Source of the DNA: the human T2T-CHM13v2.0 reference genome, Homo sapiens
Direction: 5' to 3' (one strand)
Length of the DNA stretch: 64,000 nucleotides
Assembly (NCBI RefSeq): GCF_009914755.1
Contig: NC_060947.1
Notes under the pieces: model-generated
Told to the model about the DNA's origin: nothing
What the model saw: only the letters and a program-made list of their open reading frames with translations
The model's database searches: none
Shown here: piece after piece, positions 57,665 through 64,000 of the stretch
Position numbering within the stretch: the stretch's first letter is position 1
Layout: each line of letters opens with the position of its first letter
Position numbers and translations under genes: made by a program

Positions 57665-60044
57665 ATAAACTAGCAAACAATATATTCTAAAGTGTTCTGA
57701 AAAAGTAAATATGAACTCATATTATTGGGAGACTCTGGTATTTGGGTTAGACATTTAGAAATTTAAATGTATTTTCTGTTTTGGACTATGAAGGTGAATG
57801 CCATTGATATGAAGAATTATTCTCCCCCTACTGTTTCCATGTCTCCTATAAAATGCACTTTAGCCCTTGTACTGCTGAATGACAACATTTTACACTTCAT
57901 AAGCTGTATCCTGAAAATTCAGGCTATGACATTTGTTATGATGTCACTAATGCCACAGATTGATATCTTGGGTTCTTTTCAACCGAGATTCCAATTGCTT
58001 GCAAGAGATGGGCCTAAATAATGCTTGCTCCTAAGTCAATTATTTGAAAGTAGAACCCATAATGTGAGATTTACTATGATACTCTTAACTTTGTAGTGAA
58101 TTGAAGTGTTTGTAGCATCAGTAAAATTGACTGATAGTTTCTTATACCACCAGAACTTCTACAGAGAATAAGACATTTATGTTCAGAAAAGCAGCAAGGT
58201 CAAACAACTACAAAAGGTGGATGGGAAATGCTACTTTTGATTTTATAAAAATACTGAAAGTAGATTACACAAATGCTTTGCTTCAAGGAAGTGAATGTAT
58301 GGGAAAGAAAATGCTGACAGAAAGGGAAGAAGATAAGGCAAAACAGATTCATGGGGCACTGGTTTGAAAAGTAAATAGATGAAAATTGGTTCAGATAATC
58401 TAGTTGATGTCTTATAATATTTTATTTGGGGGATGAATTTATTAGATATACTCCTTTTTGGAAGGTGCAAATACTACCATATGTAAGGAAGAAATCACAC
58501 AGCCAACAATAGTCAAAGGGGGAAAAATAATACTCTTAATCTATTCAGTCTGTTCCTTCATTCTATAAAATGGACACCAAGTTGTCAAATTTGCATAAGG
58601 AAGTACTTCATGTGAGGACTGAAGAGTAGTTTCTTCCTCCTCCTACCACCATATATAAATTATTAGAGTAGTTTTCTCCCATGCATAACTTTGGTAGAGT
58701 GCATTATTTTCCCCTGTGAGAATGAAAGAGCTGAACCCTGCTATAGGCTTCTTTCTTCCAACACAGATATATATATTCTATAGTATCAAAGCCCAATGCT
58801 AACATGTAGCACAGTGATTTTATATTTTATGTGAGTTTGCTACTTTTCCAAAAAAAGTTCGAATTCATTCCCCTAAGCATGTCCTTTTTGTAAATAATTC
58901 CTCACTTTCTCTCTTTAGTTTTCAAAAGGCTTTAGGTGATCTAGTAACTCCTCCTTACTCATATTCTCCCTCAATCTTATCAGGTAGTCACTAATTATAT
59001 AGAAGGCTATAATTCCTGACAGACAAATTTGTCCATTTACTTGGTTCTGATTCCTATGATATTCCAATAATTGCATTGCACATTAGTAAGATTCTAGGCA
59101 GGTCTGTGGGGCTCTTCTACTGAGAGTCTTAATTAAACTTGCTCTAAATTAAAACAGACTTTGCTAAGACTCTTGTCAGTCCAGCTTTACAGGCTTGCCT
59201 GAGACACAGGAGGCAATGCCACTATCAGTGGAAGCATGACAGGGATCAGGACCTATGCATTGGACTTGATGATTCACTGGGATATAATTTATTACACCTA
59301 CTAGACCTGCTAATATGATGGAAGACAAGCAGGGGAGTAGGAAGATTAGGAAAGAATATATAATATTGGGACAAAGAATAAAATTATATAATCTCACAGT
59401 GCTACTACATGTTTTTCCCCAAAACAAAATGGAAACAAAAGCTTTATTTTATAGTATGAAGAAACTGGAAGAACAATTAAGCATCTAGTGAATCTCCTAG
59501 GTTTTAATTTATTGAGGTTAGCACTGGCCTTTGTCTTCAAAGCCCAATCAACATTTTACAAAATTATCTGTTGACCACTCATCATTTAATCATGCCAGTT
59601 AATGACCAAATTCCTTCTATAATTCAATGACCTCATGTTCTCTTCATTCAATACTTAGGAAAACTGTTCTCCGAAAACGATCTAATTAATTAATTTACAC
59701 TAATGTATGAATATAATAAGGTTTAAATTATTATGTTTTCAGAGTTATTTATATTTTGACTGAAAGGAAAACCCCTGCTTAGTTTAATACCAAACTACAA
59801 ATCTGGAAATATGAAATTTCAAATTTGGTATGCTTTATTGGAACAATGTTTTCTTCTGGAATATCTTGTTCTGGTTATGGATCAAATTTTTCATCATAGT
59901 AGCTCATGCCTATACATAAATTTTATTTAGTTGAAATCTACTAGATTATTTAACAGGCAGTCATATTCCTCTGAATTGTGTGAAGTTTTTGTATAGAAAA
60001 ACAACAATGACAATAACAACAGCAACAATAATTAATTTTGCTTT

Positions 60045-60553
60045 TGCATTAGTTAAGGTTCTCTAGAGGGACAGAACTAATAGAATAACATATATATATC
60101 TATATCTATATCTATATCTATATATAAAATACATATATATCCAAATATATATATAAAGGGGAGTTTATTAAGTAGTATTAACTCACATGATCACAAGGTC
60201 CCACAGTACTCCGTCTGCAAACTGAGGAGCAAGGAGGCCAGTCCAGAGTTGGAGTGTGATGTTTGAGGGCAGGAAGCATCAAAGCATCAAACCAGCATCA
60301 AACTAGCACAGGATAAAGATGTAGGCTGGGGGGTGGCTAAGCCAGTTTAGCCTTTTCATGTTTTTTCTCCCTGCTTTGTATTTTCTGGCAGTTGATTAGA
60401 TGGTGCCCCCCCCAGATTAAGGGTGGGTCTGCCTTCCCCAGCCCACTGTCTCAAAAGTTAATCTCCTTTGGCAACACCCTCACAGACACACCCAGGATCA
60501 ATAGTTTGCATCCTTCAATCCAATCAAGTTGACCCTAAGTATTAACCATCACA
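60045..60553 (-). mobile_element. MLT2A-type 3' LTR of HERV-L, with an internal (TA)/(TATATC) expansion
   Basis: 'tgcattagttaaggttctctagagggacagaactaatag...tccttcaatccaatcaagttgac...attaaccatcaca'. Confidence 0.92.
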
Positions 60554-63061
60554 AGTCCAATCCTTGTCAACTTGAACTCATACACATCTCCTGAAATCAT
60601 ACATAATCTTCAAATAAAGACAATAATAAGGTCATAATTACACCTAACATAATACAACTATCCTTCATACAACTGTAAACTCACCAATCCCCAATACAAA
60701 TGCTATTACATAAGTCAACAATATATAATGCTGGTATGAAGTCAATAACTCTTAAGTCACAAGATAGAGGAAAAAGGAAATAAAATGAAGATATTTTCTT
60801 AGTACAAATGTATACATGCACAAACGTTTTTAACAAAAGAAGTAGGAAATACTCATGACAATTACAGTTCTCATTTCTGCAACTGGTCACGCGGTCATAG
60901 CTGGTATTGATGACTACCTTCTTCCATTACCCATTCTGTATTCCCTTTGGTTATTTTCCTTGTGGTGTGACCCAAACCTTCATTACTAAGGAGTCTGAGC
61001 CATTTGCTGTCTTGCCTGGATTGAGCTATTGTAGTTTCCCACTGACCTTAATCACAGAGCATGGTAATACTAAGAGACACCCTAGTGGATCTCCTGTATT
61101 CCATTCATACTCTTCCTTACCTCCATTATGGAGTACTAGACTGATTTCATCTTGATAGTCCAGGTCAATCACCCCATCCAACACTGTAACTCCTTTCTTA
61201 GCCAGTTGACTTAAAGGTAAGAGGAGCCCAAAGTGTCCACTTCCTTATGTAACTTACTTGTGCCTTCAGCTTACTTCCAGTTTAATGGAATCATGCTTGT
61301 GTCTCCTGGTGGCAGTGTTCCTCCCTCTGGAACTAAGACCTATAGGCCAGCAGAAGGTAATGTTGCAGGAACAGGAAGCAAAAATTTTGCTACTTAGTCA
61401 CTAGAGGTGATGGTGAGTGGCGGCACTTTCACTTCTCCCCCTTGATTCCTGGACCCATGAATCCTGGCTATGGGAGAAACAGTATTGGATGCTGATTCAG
61501 AGTACACATGGCCCTCTGGAGAACTTTTCCCCAGCTCTGCAAAGTATTGTCACCTAGTTTGCATTGTAATTGAGACTTCAAAAGGCCATTCCACCGTTAT
61601 ATCAATCCAGATGCTTCAGGATGATGGGAAACATGGTAAAACCAGTGAATTCCTTAAGCATGAGCCAACTACTGCATTTCTTTAGCTGTAAAGTGAGTGC
61701 CTTGGTCAGAGACAATGCTATGTGGAATACCATAACGATGATTAAGGCATTCTGTGAGTCCGTGAATGGTAGTCTTGGCAAAAGTTTTGCATGGAGGATA
61801 CGCAAACCCATATCCAAAGTAAGTGTCTATCCCAGTGAGGACAAACCTCTGCCCTTTCTATGTTGTAAGAGGTCCAATATAATCAAACTGCCACCAGGTA
61901 GCTGGCTGATCACTCCAAGGAATGGTGCCATATTGCGGTCTCAGCATTGGTGTCTGCTGCTGGCAAACTGGGCACTCAGCAATGGCTGTAACCAGGTCAG
62001 CCTTGGTGAGTGGCTGTTACTGAGCCCATGTGTAACCTCCATCCCTGCCACCATGGCCACTTTGTTCATGGGCCCATTGGGCGATGACAGGGGTGGCTGA
62101 GAAAAGAGGCTGAGTCGTGTCCACGGAACAGGTCATTATATCAAGTTCATTATTAAAATCCTCCTCTACTGAGTTCACCTGTTGTTGAGTACTCACATGG
62201 GATATAAATATCTTCACAGTTTTTGATCACTTAGAGATGTCCATCCACAGACCTCTTCCCCAAGTGCCTTTGTCACCAATTTTTCAATCATGCTTCTTCC
62301 AAGTCCTAGACCATCCAGCCAAACCATTGGATACAGCCCATGAATTAGTATCTAATCACACATCTGGTCCTTTCTCCTTCCATGGAAAGTGCACAACAAG
62401 TTGCACTGCTCAAAGTTCTGCCCTGGGAAGATTTCCCTTCAGCCCTGTCCTTCAGAGATGTCCTAAAAAGGGGCTGTAGTGCTGCAGCTGTCCACTTTCG
62501 AGTGGTGCCTGCGTATCATGCAGAACCATCTGTGAACCAGGCCCTAATCTTCTATTTCTCTGTCAATTGATCATAGGGAATGTCCCATGAGACCATCAGC
62601 ACAGGCTGGGGAAGACAAGGCAGAGTGGCAGGATTGGAGACCATGGGCATTTGAGCCACTTCCTTACGTAATTTACTTGTGCCTTCAGGACCTGCTCAAG
62701 CCCGATTACGTATATACCACTTCCATTTGGTGATGGAATGCTGCTGTGCACGACCCACTTTATGGATAGATAGTGTCAGAAAGCACCAAGTTCATGATAG
62801 GCAGCTCAGGGCGCATGGTGACTTGATGACCCCTAGTGAAACGTTCAGTTTCCATCAAAGCCTAGTAACAGGCCAAGAGCCGGTTCTCAAAAGGAGAGTA
62901 GATATCTGCAGTAGATTGCAGGGCCTTGCTCCCAAATCCTAGAGGCCTTCACTGTGATTCACCTATGGGGGCCTGCCAGAGGCTCCAAACAGCATCCATA
63001 TCTGCCGCTGACACCTCAAGCACCATTTGATCTGCTAAGTCATATGGCACAAGTGGCAGAG

Positions 63062-63505
63062 TGTGATGGTTAATACTGAGTGCCAACTTGATTGGATTGA
63101 AGGATACAAAATATTGATCCTGCGTGTGTCTGTGAGGGTGTTGTCAAAAGAGATTAACATTTGAGTTGGTGGGCTGGGGAAGGCAGACCCACCCTTAATC
63201 TTGTGGGCACGATCTAATCAGCTGCCAGTAAATATAAAGCAGGCAGAAAAACGTGAAAAGGAGAGAATGGCCTAGGCTTCCAGCCTACATCTTTCTCCTG
63301 TGTGGGATGCTGCCTGCCTTCAAACATCAGACTTGAAGTTCTTCAGTTTTGGGACTCAGACTGGCTCTCCTTGCTCAGCAGCTTGCAGACACCCTGTTGT
63401 GAGACCTTGTGATCATGTAAGTTAATGCTTAGTAAACTCCCCTTTATATATATTTATATGTATATCCTATTAGTTCTGTTCCTCTGGAGAAATCTAACTA
63501 AAACA
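63062..63505 (+). mobile_element. MLT2A1 solo LTR (444 bp) inserted antisense into HERV-L pol
   Basis: Starts 'tgtgatggttaatactgagtg' and ends 'ctaactaaaaca'. 5-bp TSD CAGAG at 63057-63061 and 63506-63510. Pol continues on both sides. Confidence 0.95.
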
Positions 63506-64000
63506 CAGAGCAACTTGCACAGTAGCCTGGACCTATTGCAGAGCCTTCTCCTGTTCTGGACTCCACTAAAAAATGGTAGCCTTTTGGGTCACTTGATAAA
63601 TTGACCAGATTAACACACCCAAATGTGGAATGTGTTGCCTCCAAAATCCAAATAGGCACACTAGGCCTTGTGTCTCTTTCTTGGTTGTAGGAAGGGCCAA
63701 ATTCAGCAACTTATGCTTCACCTTAGAGGAAATACGTCGACAGTCCCCACACCACTGGACCCCTAGGAATTTTACTGAGGTAGAAATTCCCTGAATTTTA
63801 GTCAGGTTTATTTCCCATCCTCTGGCATGCAAATGTCACACAAATAATTACAGTGCGTTTGCTACTTCCTGCTCACTGGATCCAGTCAGCCCAATGTCAT
63901 CTATGTAATGGACCAGGCTGATATCTTGTGGAAGCAGAAAGTGATCAAGGTATCTCCCAATAAGATTATGACACAAATCCAGAGAGTTGATATACCGCTG

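Larger units (their letters stand above)
60045..64000 (-). mobile_element. HERV-L provirus (3' LTR, dUTPase, integrase/RNase H and RT remnants), continuing past the window edge
   Basis: MLT2A LTR at 60045-60553 followed by the HERV-L 3' internal end. dUTPase-like GVTVLDGVIDLDYQDEI (~61140-61192, -). RNase H/IN-like IFISHVSTQQ...VIAQWAHEQSGHGG (62017-62217). RT YIDD at 63896-63907 and [10 protein letters not shown]. Confidence 0.95.

Noticed and set aside
59174-59345. Possible ancient LTR fragment beginning 'tgtcagtcc'
   Set aside because: No second terminus, TSD or confident family match.
61570-62100. 176-aa plus-strand ORF
   Set aside because: Antisense to HERV-L integrase remnants; a chance open frame.

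Overview
This is AT-rich primate genomic DNA, almost certainly human given a near-consensus 968-bp HERV-K(HML-2) LTR5_Hs solo LTR. I can support no host protein-coding exon, RNA gene or CRISPR array. Every recognisable ORF in the track derives from L1 ORF2, Alu or ERV gag/pol/dUTPase remnants. Most of the window is nested transposable elements: old L1M and younger L1PA LINEs (two with 5' inversions), five full-length Alus, MaLRs (THE1, MST, MLT1), an LTR16/ERVL-type remnant, an 11.4-kb two-LTR ERV1 provirus with a tRNA-Gly PBS, a MER85 piggyBac MITE, a Tigger1 end, and a HERV-L provirus running off the right edge with an MLT2A1 LTR inserted in its own pol. I found no evidence for a new gene system. 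The most interesting signals are fine-scale: a symmetric double substitution in the MER85 palindrome, a tRNA-Gly PBS copy embedded within LTR ends, a 33-bp templated copy inside HERV-L, a 145-bp Alu-plus-flank tandem duplication, an Alu-fragment patch in Tigger1, and a cluster of early-embryo-type LTR promoters. Repeat family names and consensus comparisons come from memory, not from a database search.
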